The translations under genes and the position numbers were made by a program. A stretch of DNA of 63,983 nucleotides, the filler included, from Stramenopiles sp. TOSAG23-2 (taxonomy: Eukaryota), in assembly GCA_900128395.1 (NCBI GenBank). It is 3 parts of 3 records of this genome, joined end to end, with 100 filler letters (N's around TTAATTAATTAA, not from the genome) between each part and the next. Parts side by side here need not be neighbours in the genome. Positions count along the whole stretch, not along the records: positions 21,760 to 43,401 come from LT649534.1; positions 43,502 to 63,983 come from LT649557.1; 1 more part is not named here. The stretch is one strand, 5' to 3'. Positions 36,301 to 49,367 of the stretch are shown piece by piece. The stretch's first letter is position 1. The number at the start of each line of letters is the position of its first letter. The notes under the pieces are model-generated. The model ran no database searches. It had not been told where the DNA came from and saw nothing but the letters and a program-made list of their open reading frames with translations.

Positions 36301-37365
36301 ATTGCATTTCCAATCATTAAATTAAAATCATGGCGAAATGCTTCCCAATCGATTTCTTTTACAATAATATTACTTCTTCTAAATTTTCTTCTCTTGATGT
36401 TCATCGTTAATTCATTATCATTTTTGTCACTGTCTTCTTTTTTGTCATTGTTCTCATTTTTGTCCATGTTGCCATTATTATCATTATTATTATTATTATT
36501 ATCATTATAATCATCATCATTTTTGATAGCCTTGTTGTTGCCACTATGATCGTTATCATCATCAAGTTTACTCTCTGACTGTCTCTCTCCATTAATACTG
36601 TTATCATCACTATCGCTGCTAGGTTCAGATTCATATCCTGGTAATTCCATCGTTTGTTTTTCTTCCTCAGTCCGAATGGAACTTGGAGGCAACCATTCAT
36701 CAAATTTAGATTGCCACTTTTGAAAATGAACTTTAATTCTATTCTTTTCCCTATCAAGTTCCAATACTTTTGCTTTGTATTCTTTTTTATCTCTTTCCGA
36801 TGTTGCATAAACCAAGATGCCTTCCTTCCAAATCAGCTGTCTAAGCTCCATTTTTTCTTTTTTCTTTCGCTCAGAGGCCAAAAATGAAATCTTTGAATAA
36901 ACATGATTTTCAACATTCTTACGCATTGTCCCTAAATCCATAGGTTTATCAATATTTATGGTATACGCCTTCAATTTGCAAGGTTCATGAAAATGGCCAT
37001 AACGATCTTGTTTCATTAATCTATCTACAGCTTTAGACATTTTCGTTATATGTGATTCGAACAATTTTTTTCTCTTCAAAATTTGTTCTTGTTGTTCTTC
37101 AACAGTAGCAGATAGAGCTACACTCCTAAGTAAAAGCTGCTTTGACGGAGACGCAATAGAATCTTGAATTTTTTTTTCAACTTCTGCAGCTTTTGCAAGC
37201 GCTTTCTTTCGTTTCACCTTTCTCTTTTCTGCTGCATCTTTCTTTTTCATTAGTGTCCTTAGTTTTTCACTCTCCGAGCTATTGTCCATCGACATTCTGT
37301 TATTATTAACATTGTTACTACTATTATTATCAGAATTATTAGTAAAACCACTAATATTATTATTA

Positions 37366-37463
<98 letters not shown>

Positions 37464-37637
37464 GCTAGTAGTAGCAGTAGTAGTTGTAGTAGTAGTAGTT
37501 GTTGTTGTTGTTGTTGTTGTTGTTAATAAATTAAATCGAATATCATTATTATCATTATCAACATCCATGTTCATTGAATTATCTGGAACAGGTGAAACTG
37601 TATGTATGTTTGACGATGTGTCCAAGTCTACTTCCAT
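30351..37637 (-). CDS. ATXR3/SDG2-like SET histone methyltransferase with bromodomain, Tudor/chromo-barrel, PHD, WW, CW-finger and HMG-like domains
   Basis: SET core HPKG.GV, GELYPPW.W, PEFWNI.LE.P, DAS.KGNF.SR..HSC.PN, GEELT.DY and post-SET C.CG...CRG. PHD CVVC..CDEC..H..C..WYCPRC. WW W..YYWN..T.ETTW..P. CW WVQCE..C.KWR. Bromodomain halves PMDLGTM and DFNLM..NA. Confidence 0.88.
37356..37523. repeat. Coding trinucleotide microsatellites (poly-Asn and poly-Thr)
   Basis: (TTA)n followed by (GTA/GTT)n on the + strand. Confidence 0.9.
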
Positions 37638-38319
37638 CTTTATTGGTTAAATTATATCCTACAAATAACAATATTATTATTAGTAGTAGTAGTATACAAA
37701 AATGTGTTTATATCGAATCAAAAAATCAAAAATATTATTTTTCTTTACTATCCAAGGAAAATCAACGTGCAAATGTGTAACAAGGTCAAATACCACTTGC
37801 TTCGTAGATATGCTGGGTATCAATGTATTTTTCTTTTGTATAAATTTGTGTTGTCAGTGTAATTAATGATTACTTCTAAAATAGATTTATATTTAAATAT
37901 ATTTGAATTATTAATAGATATTCTTATATGCTATTATAATCAATTCAATCAATGGTGCAATGATGATGGAACTAGCTTTTGACCATTTTTCATAAGCTTT
38001 GTTTTGACCTGCTGCTGTACAGTACTGATATAATAGTTTTACGAGCGACAGCATAGTGTATAAATTTATATAGATCTAATACTACCAGGTAGTATCTAGT
38101 ATTATACTAAAATAGTATAATAATACATAGACTAGATTTATTATAATACTATTATTACCAGGCTACCACACCAGTACAGGTATTATTATTACAACAATAA
38201 ATCGGCAGTTATACATAGAAAAACAACGTATATGCATTTAAAACATTGATACAGCATATGTATATATTTAAAAAGTCCAGTAAAGACATTATAAAGTACG
38301 GCTATTAGAGGTATTAAGT

Positions 38320-39086
38320 ATGTATGGAAGTAAATATGATAAGGGAGATTACGTTTCCCATAAAAGATATGTTTTTTGGGAAGAAGATCATCATTGTAAG
38401 TATGAGTTGTTAATAATCCTTGTTTAAGCATTTAGTTGTTACTAACTATAACTAACAACGTTATATATACCATCTTTAAACTGTTTACTATAAAAACAGT
38501 GACACAGAAGAATCTACAATATTTGCATAAACGATTCTTACAATTAGGTGCTAAAGCAGGGAAGGGGCAAATCGATCTAAAAAGGCATCCTCCTGCTCTG
38601 ACAGAGGAACCATCTTGTGACAATATATTTGAAGCAGGGTTTAAGACCACTTCCTCTAAAAAGCTGGATTTCAAAAATTTTATAAATCTTTTCCAACAAT
38701 TTATACCATACACTGGAATGTGGATGGACAAAGATGGTATAACCCACAAAAAGAGCGGTAAATTTAAACCAACGCCAAAATTACAAAAGCTAAAATGGGT
38801 ATATGCAATAATTTGCGACCAGGCAGGTAGTTCCGATAAGAAATTAACAGCGACACAACTGCGATCACTTTTTAAAGACTTTTTAGACCCAGGCTATGTC
38901 TCGCAACACCCTAAATCATTAATCCAGGCTGCTAAAGAAGTAATCGAGGAGGTTGCAACAAAGAAAGGTGCACATTTTATAACAGAAAAAGAATTCATAA
39001 CATATGTAGAGGGTGTTATGGGGAATTACGATGAGGTGCTACAAGTCCATTTAGACAGCGTTTCTAGTGGTGCTAAATCTATGTAA
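38320..39086 (+). CDS. Divergent calcineurin-B/CIB-like EF-hand protein; join(38320..38395,38500..39086)
   Basis: Exon 1 is MYGSKYDKG...EEDHH with a GTAAGT donor at 38396 and CAG acceptor at 38499, giving HLTQKNLQYLHKRFLQL. LDFKNFI, KLKWVY.I.D and ITEKEFI resemble degenerate EF loops. Confidence 0.65.
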
Positions 39087-39562
39087 TAGAGAAAATAACA
39101 TAACACACACATACAACATAAATAGTGCAATACTCGTATCGTGTGCAATTATATGTATCATACATATATTAATATTTAATTTTAAAAAAATATACGAATT
39201 CGTACCTTGAAGGATGTGTGTGAATGAATATATATAATGTAATTTGATATTTAATTTTTAAAAAATATACGAATTCATACCTTGAAAATATTTTTCTATG
39301 ATATTATTTTTTAAAACCCAATCACTCCTATCAACACACACGTTAATCGCTTCTTTTATCAGATGCGCGCACATATCATATATATGCATATCAATATTTT
39401 TTATATTTTTCGTACATACGACGAATATATATATATATATCATATATTATATACGAGTATATAATATAAAATATGTTATAAAAAATTTATATTTTTACTC
39501 GCATGCGTATAATACTATCATGTACATATACAAACTTTCTGATTATTGTTCCCTTTAATTTT

Positions 39563-40564
39563 TCACTTATAATAATTTCCAGGTCGTCTATCTAAACTTG
39601 GTTTTATGATTTTAAAGGAGCATACCATTTCCTCATCAATTGTCATAATTCCTCCTGCATTATCAAATTCTCCGCAATAATTGGGAGCTGAAAATATTGT
39701 TACTAGATTTCTATTTGCATGGAATTCGTATCCATCTTCAACTACTTGGTGTCCTCGAACTATTAAAGATAAATCGAACTGTTTATTAAATTCTTTGATG
39801 ACTTGATAACCGAAAACGTACGAGACGCCTCTATCACTTTCAGCCCATCCAGATACATCAGGATCTGGATCAGCCCACATTAAATCACACATTAAACCAT
39901 AATCTGGAGTTGAAGATGGCCTTTCAAGTTTGTTTATTTGTTGTATATCATATAACTCCGGGGATATACCGCCATGCATGCATAGGATTTGCTGCTCTAC
40001 CAAAGCTGCTACTGGCATACAATTAAATACTCCAGCGAACGTTTTCCAAAGCCGTGGTGTATAACGCCTTTTACACTCGTCATAAAAACCATATATTCTG
40101 TTAATTGAAGAGTCTTCATGGTTACCCCTAAGTAAATAAAAGTCAGTTGGGTATTTGATCTTGTAGCACAGCAATAAACAAATTGTTTCAATGCTTTGAT
40201 CTGCTCGATCTACGTAGTCACCCAAAAACAAATAACGTTTGTTTGGTGGAAAACCACATACCTCAAAAATTTTTAATAAATCATAAAATTGTCCATGGGT
40301 ATCTCCACATATAATTAAAGGTGCTGTTGTTTCCGCCAACATTGGCTGTTTCATAAACGTATTTCTTGCTAAGAAACACAATTTTTCTATATCTGACAAT
40401 TCAAAATTAATTAAAGTTCGTGGTTTTGCATTGCGCCCTGTCAGTAGTTTTGCAAGTATGGTGTCAACTAATACTTCATCTTCTGTCTTCGCACCACTCT
40501 TTTCTTTTACACCATTTGCTGTGCTATTTGTTATTTCTACATTATTTTCGACAGCTTCAGACAT
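39563..40564 (-). CDS. PP1: Serine/threonine protein phosphatase PP1 catalytic subunit
   Basis: [51 protein letters not shown] and [14 protein letters not shown]. Confidence 0.95.
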   Translation of the reverse strand: MSEAVENNVEITNSTANGVKEKSGAKTEDEVLVDTILAKLLTGRNAKPRTLINFELSDIEKLCFLARNTFMKQPMLAETTAPLIICGDTHGQFYDLLKIFEVCGFPPNKRYLFLGDYVDRADQSIETICLLLCYKIKYPTDFYLLRGNHEDSSINRIYGFYDECKRRYTPRLWKTFAGVFNCMPVAALVEQQILCMHGGISPELYDIQQINKLERPSSTPDYGLMCDLMWADPDPDVSGWAESDRGVSYVFGYQVIKEFNKQFDLSLIVRGHQVVEDGYEFHANRNLVTIFSAPNYCGEFDNAGGIMTIDEEMVCSFKIIKPSLDRRPGNYYK

Positions 40565-41228
40565 TGTGCTTCACACTGTCCTATCTATGTATATGCGAGA
40601 CGCCTATTTTATATGTATATAAACGGTCAAGTGTATATTGATATACTTATATAAACAGATATGTATGTGTATATAATTTATTAAATATCAATCCTTACTT
40701 ATACCAATATTTATATATACTACGTACAATGTATATATGTATATTTTATATATATATTTGTATATATGCATCGTATTCATTCTATATTTTGTTTTATCCA
40801 CCCCACCACACACACACACCAACAAACTGGCAAACAACCGAATAGTATATTTAGCATGCTAGTACTAATAAAAGGATAAAAGGGCTTATTACATTTTATT
40901 ATAGTATTATACTATATATAGTAAAGTTGTATAGTATTATATTTGGATTATGGATTGCGCACAGATGAATTTTTCATGCATTTTTCGAATGGTTTAAAAT
41001 AATGAGTCCTACTTTGATTCTTACATTTTATTACAATGTATACTTTTGAGTAAGTCCCACTAATGGAACATCCAAAACTTCAAAGAAAAATCTTTTTTGG
41101 GTGTTTGAGTTGGATTATTACTGTGTTCTGTGTTTAACACACACACACCGCCACCCATCATCATAGTACTATCATTCATCAAAAGTCAAAAGTAGCATGC
41201 TGTTTAATAAAAGGCAAAAGGCTGTTGC

Positions 41229-41255
41229 ACACTGGCACAGTCAGTGTGCCAGTGT
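41229..41255. other. Perfect 11-bp-stem hairpin
   Basis: ACACTGGCACA-GTCAG-TGTGCCAGTGT in intergenic DNA. Confidence 0.6.
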
Positions 41256-41523
41256 ACAGAGTAGCGGATAGCCAGATAGCCAGATTAAGATAGCATTGAA
41301 AATTAAAAAAAAATCTTTATTACAATCCAGTGCACAATCAAAAACCTTAATCACGGGTAAAGTAAAAAAACCAGAGAGAAAAAACAGAGAGAAAAAATAA
41401 AAAATTAAAAATTGACAGAATAAGCAGCTTAGATTTTTACGAATAAAATATATATAATTTTCTCTTACTCATAATATTATATAAATTTCTTTTACACCCT
41501 TATTTATATATATAAATATATAT

Positions 41524-43166
<1,643 letters not shown>

Positions 43167-43401
43167 CTAATACACATACGTTACATATTATCTTCGCTTT
43201 TGCCATGTATATGTACATGTATATATGTATATATATATATAAAATATATAATCTATCTTATAAAAATGTGCATATAATAAATAAAAAATCATCATAAAAT
43301 ATAATATAACGTCTATTATTATTATCTCCAAAGTACAGGTAGCTATAAAAGTAATAACTCGATTTATATTTAATATTAGCTAGTATATCTCAGTGGATTA
43401 C

Positions 43402-43501
43402 NNNNNNNNNNNNNNNNNNNNNNNNNNNNNNNNNNNNNNNNNNNNTTAATTAATTAANNNNNNNNNNNNNNNNNNNNNNNNNNNNNNNNNNNNNNNNNNN
43501 N
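43402..43501. other. Artificial contig linker (N44-TTAATTAATTAA-N44)
   Basis: Identical structure to 21660-21759. Confidence 0.98.
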
Positions 43502-43556
43502 AACACGTTTGGTATGATCTGCAAATGTATGATTCCATTGATTTCAAATTATCACC
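43502..43556 (-). repeat. Inverted exact copy of 46086-46140 at the contig start
   Basis: 55-bp reverse complement of GGTGATAATTTG...CGTGTT; same left breakpoint as the tandem duplication. Confidence 0.9.
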
Positions 43557-43781
43557 AGTGGTACTACTTGGTACCACAGCAGCAGTGCATTTGTTAACAC
43601 AAAAATGAAGTGTGACGCAAAATAAAATGTGGTATATATATACTGAGGGAAAAAAGAACAAAACAACAAGAGATATTGTAAACAAGATAATAACCAAAAG
43701 AAATTAAAAGAAGGAGAATCATTGTTTACATATAGTATAATTTCATATTGAAATATTCTATCAACAATAGAGAATTCGAAG

Positions 43782-46700
43782 ATGAAGATAAATAATATCA
43801 ACAAACAATATGGATTACTTGCATTAGCAACTTGTTTAATTATTGCTGTTGTATATTATGAGATACCACAGAATCATTATGAAAGATATAAGATACGTCA
43901 AGCAAGGAATGAAATTGAAAAAGAAGGCGTAATATTATACCAGCACGAAAAGGATGATATTCAAAAAAGAAGATTGAATAAGGCAAAGAATACAAAAGGA
44001 AGTGATGCACATTTTGAACCGCAAGTTATAAAAGGTGTTATGTCACATCAACAAAGATTGTTTCATAAACTTGATTATAAAATATATCAAAACGTTGATT
44101 ATGTAATTGATAGAGAAGTAAAAAGTATTAAAAAAACATTATTTCGTCAATTGGGAGAATCAGGAGCAGCATTGACAGTTGAAAACACAGAACCGTTGAA
44201 GATAAAATACAACTGGGTCAATTTTGATAAAGATAAATCGCCACTTTTTAGACAATGTTTTGAAGCTGGAGCATGGTATTATCGCGGTGGCCGTAAAGTT
44301 ACATCGCCGCCAAGTGGAAGTTACAAGGCTTGTCTGGATCCTAACAAGCCAGACGCTGACCCGAACGCAAATTATCTAGGAGATACGGATTGTTGGGGAA
44401 AATGCGAGGCAGGATGGGTTCTTACCCCGGACGTTATTGAATATGTGAAAACATCTATTGAAAAAAGTTTAGAAGAGTTGGAGTCAACTCTACGGGTACC
44501 AAAAATCAATGGACGATTAAAATTCGAGAAAGGTACTGGTAGTTATATTCAACTTTATGAAGATTTGGGGTACAGCAAAGAAGACATATTAACAGAAAGA
44601 TGTTTCGCGGATGGTTACTTTTTCAATACCCCATTTGAAGATTCATGGTGTACAGATGGACTGGAAGAAGGATATAATTACGTTCTTTCCATTACAAACA
44701 CACCACCATTTAATAACGATGGTTCAGGTGCAGGTACTGGTGGAGTCACACTTCGTGACACTTACAACCGTCCACTTGCAGGCACTTACAATTTACTTCT
44801 ATCAATGGGAAAATGGTATGAAGATTCCATAGGTAAACCCGCAGACTATGGCCAAAAAGCTTTCAGAAGTCTTAGTATTCACGAGGCACTTCATGCACTT
44901 GGTTGGAATATTGGTGATTTACAACTTGCAAATGCAGTTGCCGGCCCATTCAAATCGTATACGGAACCTGGTGAGAAAGGAGTATCAGATGATGCTTTAT
45001 GGTATGTAAAGCCTTCTACACGAAGTGCAACGCTTGCGAAGGTACATTTTGATTGCCAAGACGAGTCAAAATGGAGAGGCTATCCTTTAATGGGTATAAT
45101 TGAAGGTGGTAGAGATTCACATCATAATAGTCATATTTTCTGGGAAGATGTTGAAAGTTATGGGTCAGGTGGCTTAATTACCCCGATAACATTGGCCTTA
45201 ATGGAGGACTTGGGTGTATATCTTGCCGATTATACAAAGAGCACACTTCCGAATTTAGGTGCCTTTGCTGGTTGCGATTTTGTGAATACACGATGCAGGC
45301 ATCAAGATGAAAATGGTATTACCGATCAAACCTATGAAACTGTTGCATCTACAGAGGAATGCGAAGGTTGGGTTAATAAATGGAATGGTGGTGGTTTGAA
45401 AAGCTATCTTTTAAATCAAGATTTTCGACTTAATAAATGTAACAACGATTATCGTACAAAGTGTGGTTCATTTAACAAGTGCCACCCTGAGTGTATTATC
45501 AAGACAGCTGATAATGGTAAGGAATATAACAAATGGAGACCACTTGGTAATGCAACGGGCGCCTTGCCAGCAATTTATCCGACAAAAACATCAAAAGAGG
45601 AAAAAACCCAGGCAGATTCAATGCTTTTATACGTTTTACCGTTATTAGTATCTATATTGTTCTCATTTGTTCTAGGTATAATATACAGAACATGCCATTC
45701 ACTCTTCGCTTCAGAGAAGAAAATGGTATGCTGGTCTCATTTGATCTCGTCGTTATTTGCTGCATTTGGTATAGCCATAATTGCCACAGCTATTTACGTA
45801 ATTGTCAAAACAGACGTATATGGTCACTTTTTAAGCTCAGGAGCAGCTGGTGCATTTGCTGCATTTGGCGTTATAATATTATTATTTGGCGTCGTACAAT
45901 ACAAAACAGCAAAGACAACACACCTTTTGTCTATATTTACAGTTGGTTTAGTGAGCTCTGTAGTGTTAATTGCGCAATTAGCAGTAGTTGCATATTTACT
46001 TTACTTTGTCCATAGCTTCGATGCGGTTGATAATGCTGAAGTTGGCACAAGTGATTACGAACGTTGGGAAAGCCATGGAGCAATGGGTGATAATTTGAAA
46101 TCAATGGAATCATACATTTGCAGATCATACCAAACGTGTTGTCGGGATCCAATACTTTTAGTAGGAGGAACGACGGATACAGAGGTGGATGCGGAGGGAT
46201 CGGTGATAATTTGAAATCAATGGAATCATACATTTGCAGATCATACCAAACGTGTTGTCGGGATCCAATACTTTTAGTAGGAGGAACGACGGATACAGAG
46301 GTGGATGCGGAGGGATCTTCTAACTCTTCTAACTCCAGTCGTATTGCAATTCATGCGAGTAATGTTACGATTGAAAACACGCAAACATGTGTAACACCTC
46401 ATCCTGGTATGAGTGAACAAGAACTAAGTTTATTAAAATTGAAAGATCCATCTAATGCTGGATTTTGTGAAATGGTTACTGGAACGAAAAATAAATATTT
46501 TACAAGCATGAGTGAGGGTGCATGCCAAAAATTGGATGAAGAAGTGATAGATTTCAATCGAACAAGTTGCCAGGCAAACTTTTGCAAGGCAGGAATTGGT
46601 GGATACAATAAATTTGTTACTACTATGATTGCTATGGCTCGAAGAAATATGTACTCATTTGCTATGATGTGTTTCGCATTAGCATTTGTTCAATTATTTC

Positions 46701-46840
46701 AATTAATTTTATTAATCAAATTGTATCGTTATCACAAAATACATACGCATAGTCAAACAGAAATGGTTCAAACGAAAGATGTAAAAGTAGTAACCACGAA
46801 AAAGGAAGACTTACAAAACCGATATAGACCTCAGGAATAA
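43782..46840 (+). CDS. Leishmanolysin-like (peptidase M8) zinc metalloprotease fused to a tetraspanin-like 4-TM module (980 aa once the 116-bp duplication is removed)
   Basis: N-terminal signal anchor; RP.AG..N, HEALHALG, HFDC, SH, TLALMEDLG.Y and GC.F motifs. These are followed by one TM, three TMs, a Cys-rich loop containing CC and a final TM containing Q. The frame is broken only by the exact duplication at 46086-46317. Confidence 0.8.
46086..46317 (+). repeat. Exact 116-bp tandem duplication causing a frameshift
   Basis: 46086-46201 is identical to 46202-46317. Confidence 0.92.
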
Positions 46841-47414
46841 AATGAGTATACATTTAATATTTTTGGAAAAAAAATGGTGTGTGTGTACGCTAGCTACTAC
46901 CACCAGGATTAATATGATGTGATATGGTGTGATATATATAAAATGTTCTCTTACTCATATATTATATAAAAATTTTAGACGAAAGAGATAATAAGGCAAC
47001 AGTAGAAAGAAATAGGCAAAATATACTTAAAACTGCCACACACTACGTGATCTTTAGTACCTCTTCAGCCCTAAACCTGAGGCGGGTAGCAGGGGGATAG
47101 CGTGGTGAGAGATTTTGGAGAGCTGTGCTTGATGCTGTTTTGGTGCTGATTTCGGCTGGAGGATGGTGTGATAGGGCGTGAAAATCATATTACTACTAAT
47201 ACAGGAAATCAAGTATACATGTAGAATAAAAATAGTTTCAGCCAGCAAGCACGTTTTTTTCTCATCAACATTTAATTTATTATTAGCATTTTTAGCACAA
47301 AAGAGACCACGTACCTTCTTGTAGATTCGTCACAATTTCGTGCGGCAAACTTCGATATCCACGAACTGCATTGAAAAAACGTTAGAACATCAAATCTAAA
47401 ATCCTTTTACAACG

Positions 47415-48047
47415 ATGATCCAAAAAATTGTACTTCTTGTTGCCCTTCTCTTTGTGCATGCTCAGGCAGGGACCTGGACCAAAGAAGACAACGTGCTTCC
47501 GCCTGGTCCTGAGGTTGTAGGTCCTGGCCGTTGCGATAGAGACTACATCTTCCTGGGTGATATGGAAGTCAACAGAAAATGCAAGCAGGATTGTTATTAC
47601 AATAAGTACAAATGTGGTGATTTTACAACATCATCCTGGATGGGACAAGCACCACTCGCAGAACGGAGCATGGATTGTTATCGCAAATGTAACAATGAAT
47701 GCAACCGCTGTGATCCCGATGGATTTGACCAACGCGCACACCAACCTTCTTGCCCGGAACCGCAGTGCTTGATTGAAACCAAGGAGAGAATCAAGTGCCA
47801 CGCAACCTGTGGCGGGTTGCCAAAACGTGTTCAAATGGCACTCACGAAGCGATATAAGAGCTTAGGTTTGGAAACTGGAGTAGTCGGCACCAACAATATC
47901 TGCTTTATATTTTGCACCTGCAAATTTAGCGGACCGAGAGGTTTCAGGTGGCATGGGGAATCGCTGTGTGCAAACTTGACTCCGATGCCTTTTCAGCGAC
48001 GCCTGAGAGCAAGTCTATACGACTTCGATGATGACTCTGTTTGGTAA
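47415..48047 (+). CDS. Secreted cysteine-rich protein of unknown function in a higher-GC segment
   Basis: Signal peptide MIQKIVLLVALLFVHAQA and many Cys including repeated CxxxC. GC content is visibly higher than in neighbouring genes. Confidence 0.7.
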   Translation: MIQKIVLLVALLFVHAQAGTWTKEDNVLPPGPEVVGPGRCDRDYIFLGDMEVNRKCKQDCYYNKYKCGDFTTSSWMGQAPLAERSMDCYRKCNNECNRCDPDGFDQRAHQPSCPEPQCLIETKERIKCHATCGGLPKRVQMALTKRYKSLGLETGVVGTNNICFIFCTCKFSGPRGFRWHGESLCANLTPMPFQRRLRASLYDFDDDSVW

Positions 48048-48419
48048 AGACTGTGGCGAATGACGATTCGATGCAAAAGGTGAAAGTACCTCGTAGTCTG
48101 GTGAATTTCGCCCTCGCTCGCTCCCTGTAGATCTCTCTCACCAACATATCCTCGGCTAAAATAGAAATATCTGAGCTATTGACATATGGACCACTTTTTG
48201 AGGCCACTTTTTTATTAGGGATTTTTTGGGGTTTTCTCCTTAAACATCTCTTCTGCAAACATATATAAGAAGGCCATAAAAAAAAAGTAACGATAGGAAC
48301 GAAAAGAAAATCTCTTCTTCACCTGCTAATATTTTTATTATTATTATTATATAGTAGCTGGTAATAAAAAATAATATATACATGTATATGATGTAAATAC
48401 TTTTGTGGATGAAATGAAC

Positions 48420-48568
48420 TTTGTTACTACTATGATTGCTATGGCTCGAAGAAATATGTACTCATTTGCTATGATGTGTTTCGCATTAGCATTTGTTCAG
48501 TTATTTCAATTAATTTTATTAATCAAATTGTATCGTTATCACAAAGTACATACACATAGTCAAACAGA
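48420..48568 (+). repeat. Orphan 149-bp copy of the last TM segment of the M8-tetraspanin gene
   Basis: Matches 46613-46761 with 3 substitutions. Confidence 0.9.
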
Positions 48569-49367
48569 TTTAATTCATGATGAAGAAAAATTAATTAATA
48601 ATCCCATATTATATTTTAATCCTGAAAATAAAAATATTGATTAATAAACCTGAATGGACTATAGATAATTCAGTTGAACAAAAAAAGTTAATAGATTGTT
48701 TAGAAAATAAAGTAGAATTTATAAAAAAATTATTTTTTTTTATATATATATATATAATAATAAAAATATATATATAATATAATATATATATAGAGTCTGA
48801 CGAAGCTCGTAATATGTATTACTCATGTACGATTTAGATTCAAAATATATCTCACGTAAGAAATTCAACACTCTTCACTCTTCTGCACTTCTGGTCAAAA
48901 ACTTTTCCTTCAGGAGTAATTTTTAAGGTAAATATCAAGAGGAGATTTGACCAACAATTTGTTCCAAATTAAAATGTACGCCATCTGGCCATCAATCTAG
49001 AAGCAATTTTAGGACCTCCTCTGACCTCTACAGTACAGGTTGCACAGCCCGGACAGCAGCATTGACACAGCATCAATATCAAAGGTTTTCTTTTGCGAAG
49101 AAAAATTTTAGAAAGAACTATAGATATATATGAGTAAAAATCCAATAGTGAATAGGTATAAAATAATAATTATAATACATATAAAAAATTTCAAAAAGAC
49201 TAAAACAAATATATATACACAGAGTGATATATATACAAGAAGAAGATCAACAAGCGCTTAATAGAGAATAAAATTTAATTACAATTTATTACAAATACAA
49301 CACAAATAATAAACAATATAAAACAAACTACTAAAGATCAAACAAGCAAAACAGCAAAACAAGAAAA

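Noticed and set aside
41229-41255. Helitron 3' end or bacterial terminator
   Set aside because: The hairpin is real, but there is no following CTRR end or poly-T tract and no second copy in the window.
46086-46317. Programmed frameshift or pseudogenisation of the M8 gene
   Set aside because: The duplication is exact and shares its left breakpoint with the inverted copy at the contig start (43502-43556), which points to an assembly or amplification artefact.
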